Part shown: positions 16,515 to 25,171 of the stretch, piece by piece | How the letters are laid out: each line of letters begins with the position of its first letter | Numbering within the stretch: position 1 is the stretch's first letter | Virus record (IMG/VR): IMGVR_UViG_3300049052_000082 | Span: 1 to 42,758 of that record | DNA from: a virus | Lineage: Duplodnaviria; Caudoviricetes | DNA length: 42,758 nt | Reading direction: 5' to 3' (one strand) | Notes under the pieces: generated by a model | The model's database searches: none | The model's input: the letters and a program-made list of their open reading frames with translations, nothing else | What the model was told of the DNA's origin: nothing | Made by a program: the position numbers and the translations under genes

Positions 16515-17092
16515 AAATCAACTCAGCGCGCCAGGCTTGGCATGACTGCAATTACAACCCGGCCCCGGGCCAGACCTCCGACGTCGTCCAGCTTGGCGTG
16601 GTGGTGCAGAACACGGAGCGCGGGCCAACGGCCAACCATGCCGTCCACGGCGCCCTGGCCGGTCACATCCAGTCGGCAATTTCCCGGCTTCACCCGCAGA
16701 TCCGCGTGTTCGGTGATTACATGTACGCCGCTGCCCAGTGCGACGACATCCGGGAGGCGGCGGAGGAGGTGGTGTTCCTGCTGGTTCAAAGCCGGTCACC
16801 ACGAATGACCGCAGCCAAGCGCGAGAAGCTCGAGTTCGTGGTGAAGGGCGTGATGCGCCGGTACCGGTACATGCACCAGGGCGGTCAGTCGGCCAATGAG
16901 GACCCGCTGGCCAACGCCGAGAAGTTCCGGGCCTGGATGTGGCAGGTCTACGAGGTGCGCCTGGAGTCGTGCAACTGGGAGCGCGATTGGGGTGGTGTGC
17001 TGCAGTTGATCTTCGAGTGCTGCGAGGATCTGGACCGGCGAGCGCTGAGCCCGATAGCCGCGGTGATTTACGAAATGCGCGAGGCCGCTTGA
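16511..17092 (+). CDS. Late-gene antiterminator Q (putative)
   Basis: Last nin-region gene, followed by a promoter and a terminator; SARQAWHD start. Confidence 0.7.
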   Translation: MKINSARQAWHDCNYNPAPGQTSDVVQLGVVVQNTERGPTANHAVHGALAGHIQSAISRLHPQIRVFGDYMYAAAQCDDIREAAEEVVFLLVQSRSPRMTAAKREKLEFVVKGVMRRYRYMHQGGQSANEDPLANAEKFRAWMWQVYEVRLESCNWERDWGGVLQLIFECCEDLDRRALSPIAAVIYEMREAA

Positions 17093-17099
17093 GGGCCTA

Positions 17100-17128
17100 T
17101 TGCGTTCCCGTGCGGCTGGTGATACCGT
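17100..17128 (+). promoter_or_regulatory. Late promoter pR' candidate
   Basis: TTGCGT, 17 bp spacer, (TG)-TACCGT immediately after the Q stop. Confidence 0.55.
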
Positions 17129-17176
17129 AACGCCACTGTTAGAGTTTTGCCTCCGGCAACTTACTCTCTAAACACC

Positions 17177-17203
17177 AAACCCGGCCACTGCGCCGGGTTT
17201 TTT
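17177..17203 (+). terminator. tR' intrinsic terminator
   Basis: AAACCCGGC-cactgc-GCCGGGTTTTTT. Confidence 0.85.
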
Positions 17204-17237
17204 ATTACCCAAAGAAACCCACCAGAAGGAATGCCGA

Positions 17238-17528
17238 ATGGTTAAGCGACTCTCTGCTTATCTGGGCCTGGCGCTTGCCGCCTGCCTGTCATTTTTCTCC
17301 ATGTCGGCACTCGCCGAACCACTGACCAGCGCCTACCGCATCGCGTACGTGCTGGCCGAGCCCCAGGGTGTTGCCCTGCAGCGCATGGAGCTGACCCTGG
17401 CCATGTGGCGAGCGGGTAGTGACGCCACTGACGAATCCCTGGCATCCAATCTGCGCGCATCCAGCAATCACTTCGTGATGGCCTCGGCCAAGCCAGCGCC
17501 CGACGGCGTCGGCCTGACCCCTTGCTGA
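17238..17528 (+). CDS. Secreted hypothetical protein
   Basis: AAGGA SD; signal peptide ending SALA; bracketed by hairpins. Confidence 0.7.
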   Translation: MVKRLSAYLGLALAACLSFFSMSALAEPLTSAYRIAYVLAEPQGVALQRMELTLAMWRAGSDATDESLASNLRASSNHFVMASAKPAPDGVGLTPC

Positions 17529-17551
17529 ATACGCCTGGAAGAGACAAGAAA

Positions 17552-17671
17552 AAGCCCGGACATACGCGCCGGGCTTCTTGTACCTCCGAGGAAAGCCGCT
17601 CCCCAGTGGCAGCTTTCCCGGATGTATAGACCCTATTCAGGCCCTCGACATGATCGGGGCCTTTTCGTTTT
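17552..17671 (+). terminator. Terminator-like hairpins upstream of the holin
   Basis: AAGCCCGG..CCGGGCTT (17552-17576) and AGGCCC..GGGCCTTTT (17639-17665). Confidence 0.55.
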
Positions 17672-17784
17672 CGGCTCCACCACGCCCATTGCCCCGAGCT
17701 GGGAGTGCTGCTGGAGCTGACCTATTACCGCTGATCCTCACCTTGGCCGCCCACACCGGCCTTTCTTATCCCACGGAGAAACCA

Positions 17785-18108
17785 ATGGCAGAACCAACGA
17801 GCACTGCCGCCAGCGTGTTGCTGGTGAAGTACGGCGTGGTCATGGCTGCTTTCATCGGTTCTATCCTGTCCCTTGGTTTTCTGAAAGACCTTACCCGGGG
17901 CCAGGCGGCAACCGCTGTAGCCACCGGCTTCGGATTTTCGGTCTACCTGACGCAACCAGTGACGTTATGGCTTGCCCCAAAGCTCGACCTTGCTGTGAAT
18001 GATGACCTGCTGTGTGGCGTGGCATTCGTGCTCGGCCTGACAGCGATGAACATCATTCCAGCCATGAAGGCAGCAATGGGCGCATTCGTAACGGCGCGAG
18101 GTGCATAA
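17785..18108 (+). CDS. Holin
   Basis: GGAG SD before ATG 17785; three hydrophobic segments; first late membrane gene. Confidence 0.75.
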   Translation: MAEPTSTAASVLLVKYGVVMAAFIGSILSLGFLKDLTRGQAATAVATGFGFSVYLTQPVTLWLAPKLDLAVNDDLLCGVAFVLGLTAMNIIPAMKAAMGAFVTARGA

Positions 18109-18109
18109 C

Positions 18110-18382
18110 ATGAACAGTATTCTTGTTTCTGCACTGGGGGTGATTGACGCCGCCCTGTGCATCGTCGTTGCCCTGGCCGCCTGCGATTATCTGCGCCGGG
18201 TTCGCCCGATAGACCAGCCTCTACTGAGTGTTGCGTTCTACCTGGTCGCCATTGGCGCGTTCGGTTCGTTCGTCACTTCAATGCAAGGCCACTGGGTCAA
18301 CCCCATGGGCGCGATGCTCCATGCCGGGATGGTTGCTTATGCCTGGGCTCGTCGTGGGCATGTGTGCGAGATCAAGCAATAA
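18110..18382 (+). CDS. Three-TM membrane protein (holin partner or antiholin)
   Basis: Hydrophobic; GAGG SD; adjacent to the holin. Confidence 0.65.
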   Translation: MNSILVSALGVIDAALCIVVALAACDYLRRVRPIDQPLLSVAFYLVAIGAFGSFVTSMQGHWVNPMGAMLHAGMVAYAWARRGHVCEIKQ

Positions 18383-18435
18383 CGCGCGACACGTTTCGCG
18401 CATCAGCAACTTGTGTCGCGACACTGGAGGGTTGA

Positions 18436-19059
18436 ATGAATAGACCAATGCCTCCCGAGTCGCTGCTCGAACTGTCGGAGCTGTCCGACTTCGGCATCCG
18501 CCTGACTCCAGCCCCTGAAGTGTGGGACTGGCTCCAAGCCGAGATCCTTGCCGATACCGGCAGCATTCACAACGAAGACCATGCCCACCTACTGGATGCA
18601 GACATCCGGGTCATGTGGGCCTCGTCAAGCTTCAGCAAGCAGGGCCGCACAGTCCTGGGCCAGGCCGAGCAAGTGGCGTTCCGCGCTGGTGGCTGGCAGA
18701 AGGCTCGGATGGAGCAACAGATGCGTGATTGGTTCGGCGACGTGCCGGCCTTCATCATCACCCTGGCTGCTGACTACTGCGCCAACTGCAGCGACCTCGA
18801 CTTCTGCTCGCTCATCGAGCACGAGTGCTATCACATCGCTCACGCCGTGGATAAGTACGGCCAGCCGGCCTTCACCAAGGACGGCGCACCCAAGCTTGAG
18901 ATGCGCTCACACGATGTCGAGGAGTTCGTCGGCGTGGTCCGCCGCTACGGTGCGAGCCCGGATGTCCAGGTGCTGGTCGACGCTGCAAACAAGCCCGCCG
19001 AGGTGGGGAAACTGAATATATCGAGGGCCTGCGGAACCTGCCTGCTGAAGCTGGCCTGA
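18436..19059 (+). CDS. Phage metallopeptidase-like protein
   Basis: EHECYH (HExxH) and HDVEEF.GVVRRYG. Confidence 0.85.
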   Translation: MNRPMPPESLLELSELSDFGIRLTPAPEVWDWLQAEILADTGSIHNEDHAHLLDADIRVMWASSSFSKQGRTVLGQAEQVAFRAGGWQKARMEQQMRDWFGDVPAFIITLAADYCANCSDLDFCSLIEHECYHIAHAVDKYGQPAFTKDGAPKLEMRSHDVEEFVGVVRRYGASPDVQVLVDAANKPAEVGKLNISRACGTCLLKLA

Positions 19060-19090
19060 TTTTGGACAGGCATCAGACAGGTGAAATTCT

Positions 19091-19567
19091 ATGGCAGTCC
19101 TTCAAAACGAAGTGAAGGCCTTTATCGTGCAGGCGCTGGCTTGCTTCGATACGCCGTCACAAGTAGCTGAGTTGGTCCAAAAGGAATTCGGGCTGACCAT
19201 CACGCGGCAGAAGGTTGAATCGCACGACCCCACAAAGATTTCCGGCAAGTTTCTGGCAAAGCGGTGGGTGACTCTGTTCGAGGACACCCGAAAGCGCTTC
19301 CGTGAAGACACCGCCGACATCCCGATCGCTAACCGGGCTTTCCGATTGCGCGCCCTTGGTCGAATGGCTGAGCGCGCCGAGAACATGAAGAACATGGCGC
19401 TGGCCGCCCAGCTCATGGAGCAGGCAGCAAAAGAAACCGGTGGGGCATATACGAACAAGCAACAGGTGGATCTGAGTTCCGCTGATGGGTCAATGACCCC
19501 GAAGACGGCGCCAGTCGGAGTGGATGCGGCCCTCGTCAAGGCCCTGGTAGACAAACTGGTTGACTGA
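19091..19567 (+). CDS. Terminase small subunit (DUF2280-like)
   Basis: LACFDTPSQVA, IPIANRAFRLR and EQAAKE.GG.YTN; precedes TerL. Confidence 0.88.
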   Translation: MAVLQNEVKAFIVQALACFDTPSQVAELVQKEFGLTITRQKVESHDPTKISGKFLAKRWVTLFEDTRKRFREDTADIPIANRAFRLRALGRMAERAENMKNMALAAQLMEQAAKETGGAYTNKQQVDLSSADGSMTPKTAPVGVDAALVKALVDKLVD

Positions 19568-21117
19568 TGGCTATCAAACCGATCGAGTGGGACGCGCTGA
19601 GCCACGCTGAGCGCTCCGCTTTGGTCGCGGCTGGTGAGCACAGCCCCTTGGCCTTCACCAGTCTGTGGTTCAACATCAGCCAGGGCGACAGCTTCAGGAC
19701 GAACTGGCACCACCATTACTTCGACTATGCCGCCCGCCAGATGCTTGCCGGTGAGGCGCAGAACATCGTCGTCAACATCCCGCCAGGTGGCACCAAGACC
19801 GAGTTCTGGTCTGTCCATCTGCCGGTGTACACGATGGTCAAGCACCGCCGGGTGCGCATCCTCAACACCAGCTATTCCAAGAGCCTGGCCGACGAGAACA
19901 GCGAGCGCAGTCGCTCTCTGGTCAAATCGACCGAGTTCCGCGAGTTCTACCCGTTCGACATCGAGAAGGACAAGGTTGATGACTGGACGCTGGCAAAGGA
20001 TGGGAAGCGCATCCACCAGCTGTTCAGCCGCTCCAGTGGAGGCCAGATTACCGGCGTCCGTGGCGGCTACATGGGGGACGGCTACACCGGGCACATCCAG
20101 GCGGATGACTGGGACAAGATCGACGACCTGTTCAGTGAGGCGAAGCGCCGCAAGTCGCACACTCGGTTGGTGAACACCCTACGCAGCCGGAAGGCGCACA
20201 GCGGCACACCATTCGTTGCGATCCAGCAGCGCGGCCATGTCGATGACTCGACCGCGTTCCTGCTGTCCGGCGGCATGGGTTTGAAGATTGACCTGCACAT
20301 CAAGATTCCGGCTCTGGTCAATCAGGACTACATAGACAGCTTGCCCGACGGCATCCGTGAACGTTGCATCAAGAGTGTGTGCGGGTCAGAGCAGGTAGAC
20401 GGCTACTGGTCGTACTGGCCGGCCAAGGAAAGCGTTCACGACCTGATCGCTCTCCGCACGGCACACCCGTACACGTTCAGCAGCCAGTACATGCAGGACC
20501 CCGACACGCTCGACGGCGGGATCTTCTCGGCTGATGACTTCCAGTACTACGGCGACGTGGATGCCGGGGCCGATCTGCCGCTGCCGGAGAAATTCGACTA
20601 TCGCTTCATCACTGCCGACACCGCCCAGAAGACCAACACATGGAACGACTGGACGGTCTTCGCGGAGTGGGGCGTGACCGAGGGCCGCATTTACCGAACC
20701 GGCATGAAGCGCGGGCGGATGGACGCCAAGACGCTGCGCCGTGAGTTCGAGGCGTTCGTGAAGGGCTCATGGGCGAAGAACGGGAAAGCCAACGGCATCC
20801 TTCGCCGGGTCTACGTCGAGGACAAATCAAGCGGGACCGGCCTTATCCAGGAGATGGAAAAGCGCCTGCCGCTCAAGGTGACGCCGGTTCCTCGGGACCG
20901 CGACAAGCTGACCCGCGCCCTGGACGTTCAAGGCTTCCACGCTGCGAAGCTGGTCTGCCTGCCATACGACGACAGCCAAAACTACGAGTTTGTGTGTGAG
21001 GTCGCATCCTTCACCGCCGACGACAGCCACAAGTACGACGACCAGACAGACGTGATGATCGACGCCTTGTCCGAGGTTTACATCAAGGGCAAGCGCTCGA
21101 TTCGCGACCTCCTATAA
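19567..21117 (+). CDS. Terminase large subunit
   Basis: Variant Walker A NIPPGGTKT, ITG.RGG, ADD, QQR, nuclease DTA, EDKSSG and DDQTD. Confidence 0.95.
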   Translation: MAIKPIEWDALSHAERSALVAAGEHSPLAFTSLWFNISQGDSFRTNWHHHYFDYAARQMLAGEAQNIVVNIPPGGTKTEFWSVHLPVYTMVKHRRVRILNTSYSKSLADENSERSRSLVKSTEFREFYPFDIEKDKVDDWTLAKDGKRIHQLFSRSSGGQITGVRGGYMGDGYTGHIQADDWDKIDDLFSEAKRRKSHTRLVNTLRSRKAHSGTPFVAIQQRGHVDDSTAFLLSGGMGLKIDLHIKIPALVNQDYIDSLPDGIRERCIKSVCGSEQVDGYWSYWPAKESVHDLIALRTAHPYTFSSQYMQDPDTLDGGIFSADDFQYYGDVDAGADLPLPEKFDYRFITADTAQKTNTWNDWTVFAEWGVTEGRIYRTGMKRGRMDAKTLRREFEAFVKGSWAKNGKANGILRRVYVEDKSSGTGLIQEMEKRLPLKVTPVPRDRDKLTRALDVQGFHAAKLVCLPYDDSQNYEFVCEVASFTADDSHKYDDQTDVMIDALSEVYIKGKRSIRDLL

Positions 21118-21133
21118 CCAAATCGGTGACTCC

Positions 21134-22522
21134 ATGAGCAAGAAGGGCTTAGTGCCAGCCAACAAAAAGCTGGGCAAGGCCCTCACTCGGGCCCTGGTTG
21201 AGTACAACGCCGGCACGAAGAACACCGCCGACGGCTTGGTGAACGTCGTGTCGGGGCTGGGTACCGAAAAGGCCAAGCGCTCACATAACCAGTTCCAATA
21301 CGGGTTCCTCAACGACTTCCAGCAGCTCGACGCGGCGTATCAAACCAGTTGGCTTGCCCGGGCGATCGTGGACTACCCGGCCGAGGACATGACCCGCGAG
21401 TGGCGCACCCTGAAGTGCGATGATGCGGACGTGATCCGGGCCGAGGAAGATCGATTGAACCTGCCGGCCATGGTCAGCGAGGCTACAAGCTGGGCGCGCC
21501 TGTACGGTGGCGCTGGCATCCTCATGCTGACCAATCAGGACCTGACGAAGCCGCTCAAGCCGGAGAAGATCAAGAAGGGCGACCTCTACCGCCTCCTGGT
21601 GATCGACCGCTTCGACATGACGGCGATGGACCTGAACCAGACCAACATCCTGGCCGCGAACTACTTGCAGCCGGAGTTCTACACCATCGCCGCCGGCGCG
21701 CAACAGATTCACTGGACACACTTTGCCCGGTTCGCTGGTGCCAAGTTGCCACGCCGTCAACGTGCACAGACACAGGGCTGGGGCGACTCAGAGCTGCGCA
21801 AGTGCATGGACGACGTGATGGACATCGTCGCCAGCAAGGACGGCATCGCCGAGCTGATGCAGGAAGCGAACGTCGACATCATCAAGCGCGAAGGCCTCTC
21901 GGATGAGCTGGCAAGCGATCAGGACGACGCCATCACGGCGCGCTACGCCCTGTTCAGCATGATGAAGTCATCGATCAACCTGGCGCTGCTGGACGGTGAA
22001 GAGACCTACGACCGCAAAACGCTGGACCTGTCCGGGGTTGCTCCGGTGCTCGACCTGCTCATGACCTGGATCAGCGGTGCAGCGGATATCCCGTTGACGC
22101 GCCTGTTCGGCACCTCCGCCAAAGGCCTCAACGCCACCGGTGAGGGGGACATGGACAACTACTTCAACTCGCTGTCCTCGAAGCGGTTGACGCAGATTGA
22201 CCCAGGCCTGCGCCAGCTCGACGAAGTTCTGGTGCGCTCTGCAACCGGTAGGTGGCTGGAAGACTTCAACTACGTCTGGAACCCGTTCCAACAGCCTGAC
22301 CTGGTCGAGATCGCCCAGGCCAATAAGGCCAAGGCCGAGACCGACATCCTGTACAAGGACGCCGGCATCGTGCTGCCAAGCCAGATCATGCGCCGGTTGC
22401 AGGCCGAAGAGCTCTACCAGTTCGACGACGAGAAGATCGAGGCGCTGGAGGCTGACGAGGACCTGACCATGTTCAACGACCCGGTGGACGAGAACGATGA
22501 CGATCAGCGAACTGAAACGTAA
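21134..22522 (+). CDS. Portal protein (DUF1073-like)
   Basis: IVD.PAEDMTREW, RLYGGA, GWGDS and IP.TRLFG.S.KGLNATGE.D. Confidence 0.92.
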   Translation: MSKKGLVPANKKLGKALTRALVEYNAGTKNTADGLVNVVSGLGTEKAKRSHNQFQYGFLNDFQQLDAAYQTSWLARAIVDYPAEDMTREWRTLKCDDADVIRAEEDRLNLPAMVSEATSWARLYGGAGILMLTNQDLTKPLKPEKIKKGDLYRLLVIDRFDMTAMDLNQTNILAANYLQPEFYTIAAGAQQIHWTHFARFAGAKLPRRQRAQTQGWGDSELRKCMDDVMDIVASKDGIAELMQEANVDIIKREGLSDELASDQDDAITARYALFSMMKSSINLALLDGEETYDRKTLDLSGVAPVLDLLMTWISGAADIPLTRLFGTSAKGLNATGEGDMDNYFNSLSSKRLTQIDPGLRQLDEVLVRSATGRWLEDFNYVWNPFQQPDLVEIAQANKAKAETDILYKDAGIVLPSQIMRRLQAEELYQFDDEKIEALEADEDLTMFNDPVDENDDDQRTET

Positions 22523-22640
22523 GTTGGGGCTGCCGTTCAACCAGAATCCGTCGCTCGAAGAGATGCGCGCCCACGGCGTCGAGCCCACAAGGCGCCCACT
22601 GATCGCACCAAAGGCGCCGCCGCCGGTGCCGCGAGGCTGA
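22497..22640 (+). CDS. Small ORF (47 aa) between portal and minor head genes
   Basis: Manual: MTISELKRKLGLPFNQNPSLEEMRAHGVEPTRRPLIAPKAPPPVPRG; ends 3 nt before the next ATG. Confidence 0.45.
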   Translation: MTISELKRKLGLPFNQNPSLEEMRAHGVEPTRRPLIAPKAPPPVPRG

Positions 22641-22643
22641 TCC

Positions 22644-23459
22644 ATGAACATGATCGGCATCCAGTACAACGCCAAGCTCCAGCGGCTGGTGAAGCAGGTC
22701 AAGGAGTCGATCAGCAAGGAAATCATGCCGTTGGTTCGTCAACTGGCGCCGGAGTACACCCAGGACGCGGTGGTCACAACTGATGCCTGGTCTGACCTGA
22801 TCCTCAACTCCATCGCTAACCTGGTGAGCCGCTGGTCATCGCCGACGGTGCAGGCCGCCGGTGCGCGCATCGCGGGTGAGTTCGTTCAGTCGTCGCTCAA
22901 GAAGTCCGAGCGGGACCTGAAGAAGTCGACCGGCATCGACGCGTACAGCGGCAACACCTCGCTGCAGGACTACCTGAAGGCCTCGGCCCAGCAGAACGCC
23001 CAGCTCATCAAGTCCATCCCCGCCAAGTACCTGGAAGAGGTACAGACGCTGGTGATGGCGAACATGCGTTCCGGCATGCGGCCTGGCTTCATTGAGAAGG
23101 CACTGCAAGAACAGTTCGGCGTCACCCAGCGCCGAGCCAAGATGATCGCCCGCGACCAGACATCGAAGATCAGCGGGGAACTGGCCGAGAAGCAACAGAC
23201 GGGCGCCGGCTTCGAGTACTTCCAGTGGATCGACTCGGACGACAGTCGCGTCCGGCACCGCCATTCGGAGATCGCCAACAAGGTCACCGCCTACGGCAAA
23301 GGGATCTACCGCTGGGACAACCTGCCGCTGAGCGCTGACGGCAAGCCGATCAAGCCCGGCTCGGACTACCAGTGCCGATGCATCGCGCGCCCAGTGAGCG
23401 CACGTGAGGTCAAGGCCAACCAAGACGCAGGCAAGACAGCGCCGGGCGTCCTCAACTGA
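22644..23459 (+). CDS. Minor head morphogenesis protein (Mu F/SPP1 gp7 family)
   Basis: RA..IARDQ, W....D.RVR..H and PG.DYQCRC.A. Confidence 0.92.
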   Translation: MNMIGIQYNAKLQRLVKQVKESISKEIMPLVRQLAPEYTQDAVVTTDAWSDLILNSIANLVSRWSSPTVQAAGARIAGEFVQSSLKKSERDLKKSTGIDAYSGNTSLQDYLKASAQQNAQLIKSIPAKYLEEVQTLVMANMRSGMRPGFIEKALQEQFGVTQRRAKMIARDQTSKISGELAEKQQTGAGFEYFQWIDSDDSRVRHRHSEIANKVTAYGKGIYRWDNLPLSADGKPIKPGSDYQCRCIARPVSAREVKANQDAGKTAPGVLN

Positions 23460-23484
23460 TTCATCCACTCCGCGAGGCCGCAAC

Positions 23485-24669
23485 ATGAAGTGCACGGTTT
23501 TCGACCGGGCTGGGTATCGCATCACCCAGCGAGAGTACACCGACGAGGGCTTCCTGAAGGTTCCGGGCCGGGTTGCCCGTACCGGGATTCAGGAATACCT
23601 GGCGCGCGAGCTTGGCCTCGATGGCGACCCCAATCGAATCATCCGCGTGTACCGACCGCCTGAAGAGGTTTTCGCACCTGATTCGCTGAGCACCTACGAC
23701 GGCGCAACGGTTACCAACGACCACCCCAAAGAACTGGTTACAGCGAAAAACTACAAGGCTGTCTCGGCTGGCGAGGTTCGCGGGCCTGGGCGGCGAGACG
23801 GCGATTTCGTTGTCTGCGATCTGATCATAAAGGATCAGAAGACCATCGACGACATCCTCCGCGGCAAGTGCGAACTGTCTGCCGGATATACCGCCGAGTA
23901 CATCGAGGAGCCAGGCGCCACCCAGGATTTCACTGCTGACGACGGCTCCGTCATTGCTGGCGAGCCGTACGACTTCATCCAACGCAACATCATCATCAAC
24001 CACCAAGCGGTGGTAACCAAAGCGAGGGCGGGCGGAAATGCTCGCGTCTTCGACCACAACCCAGGAGGCAACACAATGCCTGTACTTATCACCACCGATA
24101 GCGGGCGCAGCGTTGATGTTGCTGATCCTGCGAACGCCCAAGTGGTCGCCGACTCGTTCGACCGACTGTTGAAGCGTGCCACCGACGCGGAATCCAAGGC
24201 TGATAAGGCCCAGGCGACCGCTGACAAGGCTGCCGAGGATCTGGCCGAGGCCCGCAAGGCTTCGAGCGATGTTGCAATCGGCGAGCGCGTCAAAGCAATC
24301 AGCACCGCTCAGGTTCTGGCCCGCAAGGTTGCCGGCGACGGCTTCACCTGCGACAGCCTCGACGTGATCGAGATCAAGCGCGCCGCCCTGGCCGTGGCCC
24401 TGCCGAAGCGTGACTGGTCGGATAAGTCCGCCGGCTACGTGGAAGCCGCTTTCGACGCCGAGTCCGAGAAGGATGACGACGAAGACGACAAGGACGAAGA
24501 AGGCAAGCCGAAGATGAAGTCTTCCAGCGACGCCGCGACCCTCCTGGCCCAGCTGACCCAGTTGGCGAAGGACGGCGCGACCACCAAAACCACGGCCGAC
24601 GCCGCACCGACCCCATACCAGGCACACAAGCAAAGCTTGTCGGGTGCCCACAAACAGAAAGGAGCCTAA
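23485..24669 (+). CDS. Prohead protease/scaffold (DUF2213-like)
   Basis: ARTGIQEY, VT.DHP, ELSAGY and NH.A.V..ARAG; acidic helical scaffold C-terminus; start 23485. Confidence 0.9.
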   Translation: MKCTVFDRAGYRITQREYTDEGFLKVPGRVARTGIQEYLARELGLDGDPNRIIRVYRPPEEVFAPDSLSTYDGATVTNDHPKELVTAKNYKAVSAGEVRGPGRRDGDFVVCDLIIKDQKTIDDILRGKCELSAGYTAEYIEEPGATQDFTADDGSVIAGEPYDFIQRNIIINHQAVVTKARAGGNARVFDHNPGGNTMPVLITTDSGRSVDVADPANAQVVADSFDRLLKRATDAESKADKAQATADKAAEDLAEARKASSDVAIGERVKAISTAQVLARKVAGDGFTCDSLDVIEIKRAALAVALPKRDWSDKSAGYVEAAFDAESEKDDDEDDKDEEGKPKMKSSSDAATLLAQLTQLAKDGATTKTTADAAPTPYQAHKQSLSGAHKQKGA

Positions 24670-24671
24670 CC

Positions 24672-25166
24672 ATGTCAGTTATCGGTGGTAACGCAATCAA
24701 CCACGGCGTCGCGTACGCGGGCATGGTCGCTGACGGCGAAGTGTCCAACGGCGTCTCCAAAGTCAACAAGGGCACCGTGAACATCGCCTACGGCCTGGGT
24801 GTCGTGAGCGACGGTGATGACGGCGCCAAGCTGCCTGTTGCCGCCTCGACCGCGGCCAACTTCATCGGTGTCGTTAAGCGTGAGCTGAACCGCGCCTACA
24901 CCGCTACCGACGTTTTCGGCGCTGTCGCCAAGCGCGACATGACCGTCGAGACCATGGCGCCAATCTGGGTGACCGCTCGGGTGGCAGTTACCAAGGATGA
25001 CCCGGTTTATCTGGTCGTCGGCGACGGCACCGGCACCAACCAGGGGCAGTTCTCGAACGTGGTCGGCGCTGCTGCAACCCTGGCCGTCCTCATTCCGGAC
25101 GCCAAATGGGTCAGCTCCGCCGGCGCCGGCGCTCTGGCAAAAATCTCTCTCAAGATCGGGGGCTAA
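24672..25166 (+). CDS. Capsid cement/decoration protein
   Basis: Position between scaffold and MCP; Ala/Gly/Val-rich. Confidence 0.8.
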   Translation: MSVIGGNAINHGVAYAGMVADGEVSNGVSKVNKGTVNIAYGLGVVSDGDDGAKLPVAASTAANFIGVVKRELNRAYTATDVFGAVAKRDMTVETMAPIWVTARVAVTKDDPVYLVVGDGTGTNQGQFSNVVGAAATLAVLIPDAKWVSSAGAGALAKISLKIGG

Positions 25167-25171
25167 TCGAC

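Noticed and set aside
21134-22522. Possible anti-CBASS Acb1 label sometimes attached to this family
   Set aside because: No HxT phosphoesterase domain seen; position and motifs indicate a portal
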